The notes beneath the pieces were generated by a model that was not told the DNA's origin, searched no databases, and was given only the letters and a program-made list of their open reading frames with translations. From contig SMSO01000032.1 of assembly GCA_004764695.1 (NCBI GenBank), positions 6,170,483 through 6,234,482 on the forward strand: a stretch of 64,000 bases of DNA. The letters are read 5' to 3'. A program made the translations under genes and the position numbers. The stretch is from Schizochytrium sp. TIO01. Lineage: Eukaryota; Protista; Bigyra: Labyrinthulomycetes. This document shows positions 22,098 to 35,219 of the stretch, piece by piece. Each line of letters starts with the position of its first letter. Within the stretch, counting starts at the first letter, position 1.

Positions 22098-22817
22098 TCA
22101 GAGGTTAGACAGCTCCTCACCCAAGATGATAATATCCTCGTCAGTGCCCGGAGCAAGTCGTGCCTGTTCTAATACGTCTTCATGGACCCAAGTTATTGCT
22201 CGGGTTCCTGCTGGATCTCTGATTTCATACATTGGAGCAATGTAATCAACTACTACAATGTAGTGGCCAGCAAACTGGTGTCCTGCAACAGCAGAAACAA
22301 CAAAGTCAAGAACTTTGCGGCCATATGACCTTTCCGCTTTGCGAATAATGTTTACATCTACAAGCACAATTGCGAGCTGGAACATGCGTGGATTTGCAAA
22401 TATGTTCTGAAGTTCCGTGCGCGCAAATGACCTCGGCACTATGCGAATGCCTCGATCTGCAGCCTCTCTAAATCTCTGATTCACGCGAGTCTGGTCGCTG
22501 GCAAGCTCTTTGTAAAATTCCATGCCCTCATATTCGCGTGGCTTGATCTCTGTGCACGTGGTGTACATCACCAGCGGCACATCCAAATCTCGCAGCGCGT
22601 AAACAAGATCAATCGTCCATACTGACCTTGTTTCCACAGCTGTTTCAAGGGCCGCATTTGTGAGTTTCATAGGGTCCGTGAGTGGCCGAAGTGCCGAGGT
22701 CACCATCTTCACGCAGGCCAGTCCGCAGTCCCAGTTGTCCTCCTGTTTTAGAAACGGCACCTCTGCTCTACGCAGACCTCCGCAACTCCCGCTTTTGGCA
22801 TCACCGCCGCCGCCCAT
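22098..22817 (-). CDS. GUCD1: GUCD1-family protein (Guanylate_cyc_2; C39/papain-like fold)
   Basis: VPFLKQEDNWDCGLACVKM, SVWTIDL, GHYIVV and ARLAPGTDEDII are the conserved GUCD1 blocks. Confidence 0.93.
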   Translation of the reverse strand: MGGGGDAKSGSCGGLRRAEVPFLKQEDNWDCGLACVKMVTSALRPLTDPMKLTNAALETAVETRSVWTIDLVYALRDLDVPLVMYTTCTEIKPREYEGMEFYKELASDQTRVNQRFREAADRGIRIVPRSFARTELQNIFANPRMFQLAIVLVDVNIIRKAERSYGRKVLDFVVSAVAGHQFAGHYIVVVDYIAPMYEIRDPAGTRAITWVHEDVLEQARLAPGTDEDIIILGEELSNL

Positions 22818-24989
22818 CCTTTAGAGGCGATATAAGTCACACAGGATCGCAGACACGCGTGCTTTGTGCTGCAGGTTTGGACGCTGTAATGGTTTCTTCA
22901 AAACTTGTACTTAAATATTAAATATGGCCGCTGCTTGTTCCATATGTTCCACAAAATTGGACCCAAGTAGGTGCGTGGAATTTGCTTTGTTGTAGTACAG
23001 CGCAATAGAGATGAAGCTTCGTGTTTTCTTGAATAGATAGTTAGACGTATGTGGAGGAGTTTCATACTAAAAATGAGCAGTAGAACTTCGCCAGGGTCAC
23101 TTTTCTGGACAGGTTGGGGACCATCCAGGGCAAAAATGGAGTGAGCTTGCTATAGTTCTGCCTATTTAAGTGTTATAAGTTTGTTGTTACAGTTTCACAA
23201 AGGAGAATGAGGATTCGCATGTACGCATGTATTCCTTAACGTTGGATGAGCTGCATATAAATTCAACAGAGACTACTGGCGAAGTGTGAAACTTTAAGCG
23301 GACGTGCCTAGCTAGTGAAGACGCATGGTGTATATATAACATTGATAGCTAAGAAAGGGTTGAAGCCCTACTCTCGTTTCATCTACTCCGTCAATGTCAC
23401 CATTTGCTCGCCACCAACAAAACAATCATTTTACCTCAAGATAACTGATCCTTGCCATAAACGTAGATATTCGTATTTCTTGTGTAGACTGCTTTCCTTG
23501 TATATGCTGCCCCTGTCTTACAGAGGTAAATTTCATGCCTTCACTATATATGATCCTTAGATATGAAACCTCGCCATTTAGCGTAAGACCATCAAGACAG
23601 GCTATCTCATGCTTATAGAATACCTTTCTTGTACCGACTTGTTGACAGTTTCGTTTAATTGTTTACTCTTCAACGCGCACGTTCAAAGATTCAAATGGCC
23701 TGTATTCTTCACTCTACTTTTGTAGGATATCATTGTCATAATTAATGTTCAATTGGACATTGCTATGATTTGCTTTGCTTTTTTAATTTGATAAGGTCCA
23801 CAATCAGTTAAATTAGGTGACACATTTTCTGAATGGCATTTTTTTTTGCGGGGGAAGCATAAGTTTAAAAAAAAAAAAATAGAGTAGGGAGAAACCGAGA
23901 TATGAAAAGTGCTCAACAGCTCTGTTAGGTTTAAATTCATTATTTAGAGGATTAAGAGGCCCCGGGAATGCGAAACGCATATCCAGAGGGTGCGGGTTGA
24001 GATTATCTCTTTTTAGCCTTGCGTCCCTATATCCCTTGTACGAAGCATTAAAATTGGCATGTACAAGAAAGTTCGAACTTCATCGCACGCTTAATATCAT
24101 CTTTTGGGAATCGCTTTCAATGCTAAGGCTCCGCGTCTACAGGTACGCAGACGGGTGCTACTATGCTATATATGATCTGTAAAATGTTAAGAAGCTTTGG
24201 TTGAAGCGCACAATCGGCATTCACTCTTACAACCGTTGGAGAAATAGGCGGTCCCTTGTATTTTCTTCACGTGTATAGATGCGCCTCAATGTACTGGAAC
24301 TTGTATTGTGAAAATACTTAAGAGTATGGACTTTGAATAATTTATGGAAGAAACTAATTTCTTCATGCTATGTTTTTAAAGGTCTAATGCAACACCCAGA
24401 TATTACAGTTGAGGCCGAAATAGTTCTCCAACGCTTGTTGATTGTAGATGGAGGTCAAGACAAGGGTAGGGTAGGCTAAGGTCTCGCATGTATTGAAATT
24501 TACAAATCTGGGCGTTTTCCATTCTTCCATTTGTTGTAGTTTCTTTTCTGTCTTGATGGCAGTGCTGCATAGGTGGATAGACTCACCATGATATCCACGC
24601 TGCAAAGAATCAGTTGCAAGTTGCCTGAATCTCACGTTAGGCATTCCCATAGACTGAACGCATATGTCCAAGTCTTAAACTAGAGTATTGCAAATGAATC
24701 AAATACAACAGTAGCCCTTTCCATGGAGACATGTGGCAAAATGGCAGTAGGATGCTGTGGAAAACTCTTCAAGCTGGCAGAACGCATATATGAATGCGTG
24801 CTCTCTACGAAGAGTACGGCGCAGTCAGCCAGTCAGACAGTCAGACAGTCATTCATTTCTTCTCAAAGGCACAAGTAAACGTCCGATGGGCATGTGCCTC
24901 AACTGCGGTGGTATTCTGGACCACTCGTCGCGGCGTTTCGAGGTGATCTTGCCCTTTGGTGCAACAATTGACGTCTTCGTCTTCTCTTT

Positions 24990-25370
24990 TCCGCAAGCAA
25001 CTTCACGGCCATAGCCTTGATTGATGCGCTGCCTCGGGACCACCATTTCCAGCCCTGCGTGCCATTGCAATTTGCATCTCGTCTATCGCGCCGCTAGTCT
25101 TTGCCTAAACGTTGAAGTGAGGCACTGCCGAACGCTCCACGCCATCTCGCAGGGCTTCATCTGTAGTCGGCTCGCTACTACTTAACTACTTAATTTGCCA
25201 TGCCCACGCATTTTACAACAACCATGCTTGCTTGAGGCATTCAAGTCTCCAAGGAGGATCTGAAGGTCTCTGTCTCCACAAGACCATCTCTCAATGACCT
25301 TGGCGATCATCTCTTGAAATGCAATGAGCGACTAAAATGGTGCCACGCCGGTATCCCCGTTCTTGCCGAG
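24990..25370 (-). mobile_element. degenerate RTE/CR1-like LINE APE-endonuclease relic
   Basis: FQEMIAKVIERWSCGDRDLQILLGDLNA (GDLN at 25239-25250), followed in order by relics GHGKL, RL...CEM, CLTSTFRQ, AIDEMQI and a frameshifted S(D)HKAMAVKL. This is the canonical order of APE motifs. Confidence 0.65.
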
Positions 25371-26559
25371 AGACCTCACTCACTCACTTCGCATGAGAAA
25401 AATATGTTGCAAAACATACAAAACTGATTAGGGATTCCCTAATCATTTGGTAGGTAGGTACCTTAGGTAGGTAGGTGCAATAATTTCGCCTGCTCAGGCG
25501 GTTCTTATAGGCGGGTAGATAGGCCGCCATATTCATCGAGCTGATTGAACTGATCGAGTGGCGAATGAATCAACTGAGTAGTGGATTGATTGATTAATCG
25601 ATAGTTTGAAAGGTTCCGAGTCACAGAGTTTCTCGTTAAGTTATTTCCCTGTTTACTTTTTTTTTTTTTTTTTTTTTTAAATAATTTGAAAAAAGAAGAA
25701 TGAAGAGAACTGAATACTCACTATCAACGACAGTAACAGTCACAGTAAGGGTAACCCCACAGCGAGATTTTCAAGTGCGGGGCAATATTGTCTTGGTATG
25801 CAAATGATTAGAAGTCATCACCTTCTAAGCCCTATATCCATCCATGTTTGCTTGGAGGCTGCTGATTCTCGCTGCGCCATTAGGCAAATGTCTTCTAATG
25901 CAAAGCAGCAGAGTTGGCCGAAATAAACACCCAGTCGTGGGTATTATCTACCTAGCTAGGTAGTGCTGCAAGTTCATTAATTCAACGCTGGCCAATCCAA
26001 CTTTGAATCCAACATGCTTACGTTTTCCATTTCTTGGTAAATTTCATTCGACTTTCTCTGAAGAGCTCGAGTTTAGAAGGGCAGGCACACTGAGTTGACG
26101 CTTAAAATTGACAAAGCATACTTAGACGTCAACATGTATGTATGTATGTATGTTATGTATGTACCTTCGCCGCCACTGTCGCAGCATTAATCACTCTCGT
26201 GTGCTGGGGATTCCAGTTCAGCCTTTGGAGTCGCAGGAAGATAGATGCTTGAACCACTCCTACTCCGAGTCACCTAAGTTTCAGTAAAGTATCAGTTCAA
26301 TCTCGCCTTCAAGATCTCGCCTCCAACTCGACCGGTTGAGGGCTTTATTCGCTTTCTACCTGCGTTCTCAACTGTTTGCTTTCAGTAGACAACTTTGCCT
26401 CTGGTCCTTCCTTCACCCTCTGCCTGAAGATCATTACAAAGGCACTGAGATTGGCTCTCAAGGATACGAGACGTCTTGCTCACCAGCGAAATGCAAACCA
26501 AGTGGCGAGTTCTCTTGTTTCCGCTGCGCACTCAATTCGATCCTTCTTCACGCCAAGAC

Positions 26560-26604
26560 AAGGTAAGACAGCGCAAGGTAAGACAGCATAAGGTAAGACA
26601 GCAC
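26560..26604. repeat. 15-bp tandem repeat AAGGTAAGACAGCRY x3
   Basis: aaggtaagacagcgc aaggtaagacagcat aaggtaagacagcac. Confidence 0.92.
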
Positions 26605-27789
26605 ACGGCGAGACTACTCGATGATGCGAACTTTGTGTTTCGGAATGTCGGACGTGGTGCACCCAGATTCGTTTTTCATTAGATTTCTTAATTTTTTTTA
26701 AATATAAATATAAAATATAAAAAATAAAAAATAATATAAATTAGCAAAATCGAAAACAAGGCCACCAAAGCCCCACTCGAAGCGCGGCAGAAATCATTTT
26801 CAAGTCAAATAGACAAAGCCCACGAGCACAACACGAAGTCGAGCACAAGCGACCCCCGCGACACTTGCCAGGTCTTCCTCTGCTGCCTTTACCACGGGTC
26901 TCCCGGCCTGTCTTGAGCTGTTGCGCTGCCTTGCCGAGCGGCTTCCCGACCAAGGCCAGGTCCCATGAGTTAGATAGAGGGTCGATCGATTTTGCGAATT
27001 ACATGCAAATCGAGGAGGTTCACCGCAACAAACCGCACGAAGCTTTAAGTTAAAGTCGCCTTCGCAGGCTCAGAATAAGGTCAGGAAGAGGTGCCGAACC
27101 GCTCGTCAATGCGGAATCTGTTTGTGGGCAAATGAAAATAGGCAAATGTATTTGTTGGTATTTGTTGTAGTGCGTCTCAGATGACGTGGCTGTATCGCCC
27201 GCTGAAGTATAAAGTGAGTGCTTAAAGAGCTTGAAAGGCTACTGATTAAAGGCAAGAGGCGCATTCGCGATACCGCTGCGCGTCATAGAAACCTGTAAAC
27301 CGCAGCCTCAGTCTCGCTCCCGCTTTGCCAAAGCACCGCACTCAATGCCGGTTGACTGAAACATTATTCTTCGTTCATGGGTGTCCAAATTCGACGTCCT
27401 TTGACCGGTTTTGCAGATCTTCTTTTGGCGGTTTGCTTTTTAAAAGACTAAATTCACAGCTCATGAGAGGATTCCGTCGCTGCGGCCAAATCCGCTGCAA
27501 GATTTACATTCGCTCCCGCCAAGGCGAACTAACCAGTTTCGTGTTAGGAATCGAGGCACTCCAAGCAAGCAAGCAAGACCAGCGGAGCTTATTTGCGGCC
27601 TTTTCGCTACGGAGCTTCGAGTTTTCCGTCGATGATCCAATCTCCTGGCTCGAAGCTCGCGAGGCCTGGCGCCGCGGGCTTTATTTTCAGGGCGCCCTCC
27701 TAACGTCTTCAATAGCAGTCCGCTAGCAGGCAGCCACCACAAGCGGGAAGGCTCAGAATGCCAGTCTCGCCCGGTCTCCCTCCGCTGTG

Positions 27790-27872
27790 TAACTAACTAA
27801 CTAACTAACTAACTGACTGACTGACTGACTGACTGACGAGAACGAACGAACTAACCAAACTAACTAACTAAG
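27790..27872. repeat. compound tetranucleotide microsatellite (TAAC)n-(TGAC)n-(GAAC)n-(TAAC)n
   Basis: Read directly from the sequence. Confidence 0.95.
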
Positions 27873-29489
27873 CACTACGGATTACGCACTGAGGTAGCCT
27901 CTGCCTAATTATAAACTCAGGTGGCCACAGAAACCCATAGTTAGGAAGCGCATATCATGATTTGCGCAACATCGTCGTTCATGGCGCTTCCCCAAACTCG
28001 TGAAAACTTTGAGTGCTGGTCCCTCAACAGGCAGCGGTTCTTCTTCTTCTGTATCGGAACCGAAGAGCCACAGGCAGATATATAGATGTCCCTTGAACGG
28101 TTTGTCACGAATTTCTCCACGTTGTTCATTCCTAAACCTGGGCCTTTTCCACGAAATGATCAAGCTGATTGCCAGTGATGCCAACTTTGATCAAATTTTG
28201 TGGAAAAACGGAAAAGGATAAACTTGAACAACTTGAAGCAAAAGGAATTAAAACTCAGGGCCATACTTCGGCAGCACTAGAACCATTCAAGCTAATCCAT
28301 CAGAGAAGAGCAGCTAGCAAATCAATTCCAAGCCTTGTCGACCAAGCTGAGAGTCGATCGTAAACTGTCAAGTCTCGCGAGCTCAACGATGAATCGATCC
28401 ATTCGTTGAGACTGACTCGTTCGTTGAAGTCGAGAGTCGTGCTTTCAAACTCAGTCCACGCGTCATTCAAGTCTGCGCTTCCCGGCTTCCCAGGAAGTCG
28501 TATTAGCAGTTACCAGTAGTAACTCTGAGACTCGCGACACGCGCTTTCTTCTTTTTTCTTTTTCTTCTTCTTCTTCTTCTTTTCCAAGTTCTTCATTTTC
28601 TTTTATCAAACCCATTAAACCTACGAGAGATAATCAAAATGATTCGTTCGGAGAGGACAGAGCGCGGGGGTCTCGGCCGCCACAGAGTGTCGCGAACTCG
28701 TAGGAAGCGCATCGTGAGGAGTTAGAAGGTGGGCATAGTGTACAATCACTAGCCCATTTCAGTGTTCAAGTTGAATAAAAAAACAAACTTGGGGAAACTC
28801 GACGGACCGGGGCAGACAACAATATTTTCTTCCGAGGCTGGCCTGTTTCAGGCAGCGCAGCGCATACCACGAAGTGACGGATATGAAGGTGCCGCGTGTG
28901 TTATCAGCAGCGTAGGTTCAGAGGTTGAGTTTGTGTGGGATAGTAGATAGCTACTGGAAACCATAGGAGACCCGCCCGCACCCAGTCGCAGACCACAGAT
29001 ACTTAGTGAAAATTCTGGCGGAACATTCCCTTCACCACACTGTGAACCACAGTCTTCCACGGGTGGTGTTCCTTGCTGCAACAGACGAACTACTTTGAGC
29101 CTCCTATGCTAAACCCTAATAATCACCCCAGCGGTTGGGGCTTCCTGCCATGACTTGATGGTGCCATAGTAAGTCTTCACCCGAGACTTTCCAAGGGTTA
29201 GATAACCCCCAATCAAGATAATTTTTATTTATTTTGGAATAAAAATAAATAAACAGCAACAATAATAACCTATTTTGAAAACAAGACATAGGATGATAGG
29301 TGGATGAATGTATGTATATACAGGTAATCAGTAAGAAATATATTTTTAAAATTTTAGAAAAAATGACGAGGAATTAAACTTCGAGGAAAAAGTTTCATTT
29401 TGAAGAAAGGCAAAAAGCCCAAAAGACATCGAGTCACTCATTCAGTCTGCCATGGTCGAGGTGTCTTAGGGCCTGCAAATTCCGTCAAC

Positions 29490-32400
29490 TCTCTCTCCCT
29501 TTTCCCGGTGCCCAAGGTGTTGCACATTTGTTTGCACATTCTTTCTTCACTCTAAAACCCCCTGCATGTTCACCACCGTGACAGCCCACGACCCTCATCG
29601 AGCGCCTGCCTATTCGCTCTTTCTTCTTTCTGCCCATCAAGTTGGACGTCGCCTGTCGCTCATAACTTTGTTGTTGGGCTGACTTACACACATGTTCCCG
29701 CAGGTCCTTCCCTCACCTGACTTTCCTAAGCCGTCATCTATCCAGGCGTTCGCCGCACCCGCTCTGCCAGTTGGAGAGCGACCTCGAGCCGGGCGTGGAA
29801 AACTTCGACCTCGCCGCGTACGTGCACACGCAGACCCCGGCAAACTCACTCCGCGCGGCGGCTTCTTCAAGTACGCAGCCGTGTGTTTAAGAAGAAAGCC
29901 TCGAGACGGCGCTCTTTCCACTCGTCGAAGGCGTTCGTGAGGACCTGTCCACATCTACCATCACGGCATGTGCTTGGTACTTATAATGTATGAATGGCTG
30001 CTTCGTTGTAATCGTCATCAGCTACGCAATGGCGCTGTCGGTGGCGCTGTAAGCGGTGGCGCTGTAAGTGATGGGGTAAAGCAGAGGCGGGCGAAGGCCT
30101 CGAAGACGTGGGCTTTGACTGACTCTGACTAACGTAGCGCAGAGGAGAGAGAAGAAGGCTTTGGGAGCGGTGATGGCGGAAGCTTTACTTTACAGAGAGG
30201 GCTTACAGAGGAGAGGGGCTGGACGAAGAAGAGCGGTTAGTCGTGAAGGAGCTCTGAGCGTTTGCTGATCTTGTTGCAAGGTCTGTCGGTGTTGGGAGGA
30301 CTCGCGATTCAATAAATGTGAATGAATAAGCGAATGAGTGAAGAAGCGAATGGCTGCATGGGTGCGACTGACTTGCTTCTCCACGCAAATCTTCGTTTCA
30401 AAGGGCCTGCTGCGTCTCGCCCCGCAGAGTAACACAATGGATGTTTTGCGACGCTGCAGGACGAGGATTTAGTAAGCTGTCTACGTACTTCTTACCTGCC
30501 TGTGCAAGGCCGCGGTTTGCGACCCCCGATTTGAGGTGAGTGCGGTGTACCGCGATGTAACGAAAGGGAGTGAGTGGTCTAACAAACCGACTTACTGGCA
30601 CAGAGGTATAAGGCGAATGTGAGGTAGATAGATAGATTGATAATAGATGCCAATGCGAGATAAAATTTGGGCAGCGAGGGCTGAAGGACCCTGGAGAGCC
30701 AAGTCGAAGCGCCGCTGGACTTTAGAACTTGCGTTTCTCTTGCGGTATCAAAATAAAACCTGCAGGACAGAAACTACCATGCAAGGACTTCCCAAGCGGT
30801 CGTGTGCAGGTCCATACTGCCCGGCCAACACTTCTTCAAGTTCGCTTTCGTCAAGTCCTAGGTACAGCCTGCTCAGGTTTCTTTCCTGGCAGATTAGTTG
30901 ATCCAAGGAGACGGGAAAAACTTAGTAAACTCTGTTTTTTCATTAATTTAAACATTTTAAAAATAAGTTTAATCTACCCTTTACTAGCGATTAGATACAC
31001 GCAGCGGTCAGCTTGAAGATATGCCGCTTTGCATGCGAGGCGAGGCGAGGCTAGAATCTCACGCGAGCGTTGGTAACGCAGGTTAAGAAACCAGCAATTG
31101 CCGCATAGGAATTTGGACTCCAGGGACTTTGGAATTCCTTTCGCTTCGGCATTTCCAGGAGAGGTATCTTCTACATTGTCGTATGGGTAAATATACGTCC
31201 ATACGCTTTACCACTGCACTGCCTACAATGCTGGACTCGAACTCACTACATAATATACGTGCTTGCTCTGCAAAACGCTTAGTCTCCGCCGTTCGCGCAA
31301 ACGTCGAGCTAGCCGCCTCTTGGCCATGCGCTGGCTGCAGCACGGCCGATCGATACAGAGATGGTCTTAATTTCATGCCAAGAGCCTCGGCTTCTTCGTA
31401 ATAAACAGGGAGGGAATGCATTTGCTTGGCACCGGAGGATGATGATGATGATTCGAAAGGACGGGAAATGCCTCAAACGCGAGAAGAGAACGCAAGGTCT
31501 GTGCGGCTCCGAATCTCTTTTGGGCCTCACGAACGCTGATACCTTGATACACTGTGAGTTCTTGATCCCAGACTTTTATCTTCACGACGAAAGGCCGATC
31601 GAGGGCTGTGCTTGAGGGAGGGCGAGAGAACGCTGTTCTGTCCATCCTTGGGAAGGTAACAACTCGAAGAGATCCTTTGGGTTGGTCCGGCGTCCTCCTT
31701 CTTGCAACGCTTTCTTGACGCAAACTTCTCCTTCCCGAGGCCTTGGCCATTTCATCCTTCACGATGAGCATTTTGAAGAGAATGGCCTTACTAGAATAAT
31801 CTGTGCCGGCTTTGCTTCGAAATCTGTTGCAGCGGACACTACTACAATGCAACGATTGTATCGCTCGAACGCGAGATTCTCTTTGGCGTTCTCTTTTGCC
31901 TTGACTCCACGACAGGTGTTCCTTTAGCGGCCCCAAAACGTGTTATAATCTTGCGGTGCTCTTTCTCGTGTCTTCGCATTCGACATTCAATAGAAGCGCT
32001 CAGCATCTGCCCATCTCTTCACTCACTCCTGCGAGCTCGAATTCTTCGAAGTCTTCAATTTCTCATCGAAGCCCTTGAGCCCCTTCAGATTGGCGCTCCT
32101 TAAAACTTGAAGCAAACGTCTCTTCTTCTCCAATTTTCTCTGGTTGCCATAGCAGTTCCCGTTCTCCCTGTGCTCCGCTCTACACCGCTCCTACTGTTAT
32201 CCTTAGGACTGCCGATGCACGCTCGCACTTTCTGGCCTTCAGGAATGGGCCCAGTGACTGCGGCAACAATCTCGCTCTGCGTTCTCTCGTGTCGTTTCGA
32301 ACAAGTCTATTTGATCGACCAATCTAGCCAGCTAGCTTCTCACGGAAGCGACGCGGCAGCGAGATGAGCACAACCTGAACATCAACGCAGTGCGTATGGA

Positions 32401-34010
32401 CATCACCTTCGAGCATCATGGCGCTCACCTGAATGAAGCCTTGGCCCCTTACTCAACGCAATTTAGCGTTCTAGTCCACGACGACTCGGACTCGGCGTTC
32501 TTCAGCGTTCCCACCCCTTATCTCATGTCCTATGTACTCCTAGCTCTTATCAAGAGAACGAACAACCCTTTTGTAGTTTTTGTATTTTGTTTTTATTTCA
32601 ACGTCGATCATATGATGATCATCTCCTTTCAATTTTTATTTTGTGAAATACTAATCGAAGCTTGGAAAGCCCAGCAAAGGGAGGGAATACAACTGACTAA
32701 CTGACCAACTGCCTGACTGAGAGCGTGCTGTGTTCTAGCTCTCATCATGGCATGCCCTAACTCCCCTACTATCTCCTATCTTTTTTCTGCTCCAGCTCGT
32801 TCCACAGATCGATTAGATTGAGTGCTCAGCCCACAGTGCGCATAAAACTTCAATCTGGCTGCCGAAGATCTCGCCGCCGCACGCTCTCTCTTCGAGCAGC
32901 AGGTCAACCAGCTCCAAGTCCAAGGCCAAGGCCAAGGCCCTCTACAATTGTGCCAGCACGCAAGCCCTCCCTCCAGCATTCATCGCCCAATGCAGCACGT
33001 ATCCTCAACCTGCTGCAGCGTTTGCCCTGTCCTTGAACCGGCAGCTTCTCTGACCACTGCGAAGCTTGGATCCCGTCCACTCGTCAAGACGCTCTAAGAT
33101 TTCCAATGTAAAAGGCCCTCTTTTCTACAGATGCGCGTGCATATTTATTTATTAATTTATTAATTTATTTATTAATTTATTAAATTATTAATTTATTTAT
33201 TTATTAATTTATTAATTTATTTATAAATTAATTAATTAATTTATTTATTTATTTATCGATGATACTTACTCATTCGCTCCTTTGCCACGACAGCTGCAAA
33301 AGCAAGCAAGCGATTGTAAAAATAGGGGAACAAGCTCCGCGAGTCAACTTCGATGTAGAAGCCTTCCCTTCTTCCCGTGAACGTGAGCGAACGCGGCAAT
33401 GGAGAAGAAGAAACGACCTTCTGAGCGCCCAGAGGCTCGAGCGCCTGGAGCGGCACAGTCACCATCACCAATGCTTCACCTCGAAAGAGTGCAGAATCCG
33501 GGGCGGATCAGGATCCCGCTGCTACTTTTCGCTCGTATCATACCGCTGCATGACGAGATTTTCAACGCCTCCTGTCACGGCCCTTCATCGCTTTTCCTCT
33601 TCTCCCGCCGTTCCGGGGAACAGCTGCCCTCCACAGCCCGCTGTAAGGGGCCGCTTGCGCTGGTGTACACTTCTACCTTAGCCCCCTTCCTCCCCGCTTC
33701 GCCGCAACCACCTGCTATCTCTTCCTACACCAGCCTTGCTGGCTCTTGGTGAGGAGGGCATTGTGAAAGTATATTCACGGCGAAATGGGATCCCACAGTC
33801 AGGACAAGCTAACAGCATCTTGAGTTGAGCAACAGCTTGGTAACGGATGAGACACGAAGCGGCCGGAAGGAGCCTGTATTGTGCATTGTGGTTCTTTTGG
33901 CCTTCTCTTCAAGTTTCGACGAGTTCCTTTACAATGCTGTGCAAAGTGTTCCCACAGCTCTTCCTGGAAGAGATCTTGCATGCCAGTACTTCCTAATCCA
34001 GCTTTGAGTT
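29490..34010 (-). pseudogene. long decayed protein-coding sequence (one or more pseudogenes), unidentified
   Basis: GC-rich blocks give protein-like minus-strand reads (VLTNAFDEWKERRLEAFFLN; LPVYYEEAEALGMKLRPSLYRSAV; RPFVVKIKVWDQELTVYQGIS; HSIVKELVET), separated by stops, frameshifts and AT-rich islands. Confidence 0.4.
33141..33256. repeat. pure A/T tract (~115 bp) built of TTTA/TTAA units
   Basis: No G or C across the interval. Confidence 0.95.
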
Positions 34011-35093
34011 GACCACCTCCCTCGCACTTAGAAAACTTTTCACTTTAATTAAATTAAACAAACAAATAAATAAATAGAAAACCAAAGTGTATATAACATC
34101 TCAAAGTAATTGAACAATACCAGTTGTGCTATAATATACCACCTATCAGTGGTTTTGGTTAGAAGGGCTTAGAAGGCCCCGCACTGTTGAAAGACCTATC
34201 TCCAATAGTTCAGAGTTGTTACTTCTTTCTCCCTTCCTTCAAACGAGATCGATCGCCTTCAGGATTTCTAGTTTCTTTCCGGGGAGAAACCAAAAAGAAA
34301 CGAAGACCTGCTCTCGGCGCAGCAACCTCTGCAGCTTTGCAGCTTTGCAGCTTTGGCCTGAAATATCCATCTCTTTTCGATCAATTATCGCTCTGTGCGA
34401 TGCCAGGACACGGTTACTTTTGTTGTTTCACTTAGAGGAGAACTTACTCATCCATGGAATCTCCAATCCTTGTTTCTGTACCTACTTGCCCAACCAGAAA
34501 CCTTTTTAATTAAAAATTAATTAAAACGTTTTTAATTACACATGCTAAGCCTAATACAGAACACCCTATTGATAGTGCCTACGTAGGCAGGTAACTAATT
34601 TTGTGTGCAAAGAGTAGCACTTTTCAACGAACCTCAACGTTTCCCCCGTAGCCCCCATCTAGTTCCCCCGCTCTTCCGCAGCACAGTAACCAAGCTAGCC
34701 TGCACTGTTTAACCGATTCCTCCGGGGGCCACCGCAACGCTCCACGGCCCTCCTCCCCCTCCCCCTATGTAACTCCTACTCCTTTATACTACTCTGCTCT
34801 GCTCTGTTCTGTTCCATTCCCCTTCTTACCCGTTCCTTTCTCCAGTTCGCCACATGAAAAGAACCCGCCACATCAGCTAGGAGCTGCCCACCATTATCCC
34901 TAGCGGTCCTGCTTGGCCAGGCCCCAGTGCTGTTCCTTCTTGATTCAATTCTTCATTTATCCATGCACTTATTTCTAAATACTGTGCTTTGTGCAAAGGC
35001 ATTTAAGCTATCATAGTTGACTTAGTTACAGTAGCCTATAAGTTAGCAATTGCTGCCTTACCAATTATTCGTAGCAATGACTACGGTGGGAGA

Positions 35094-35197
35094 AACAAAT
35101 AAACAAATAAACAAATAAACAAATAAAATAAAATAAACAAATAAACAAATAAACAAATAAACAAATAAACAAATAAAATAATAAAATAAAATAAACA
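35094..35197. repeat. (AAAC/AAAT)n compound microsatellite
   Basis: Read directly; mostly AAACAAAT 8-mers. Confidence 0.95.
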
Positions 35198-35219
35198 AGA
35201 AAACACCTGAGATTGGCAA

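Noticed and set aside
22098-22817. GUCD1 as part of a cGMP gene cluster with the cyclase
   Set aside because: GUCD1 has a Cys/His papain-like motif set rather than class III cyclase motifs, and lies 24 kb away; the link is only in the name.
26560-26604. Repeated AG|GTAAG as splice donors, or as a CRISPR-like repeat
   Set aside because: Head-to-tail 15-mers without spacers, and no supported upstream exon.
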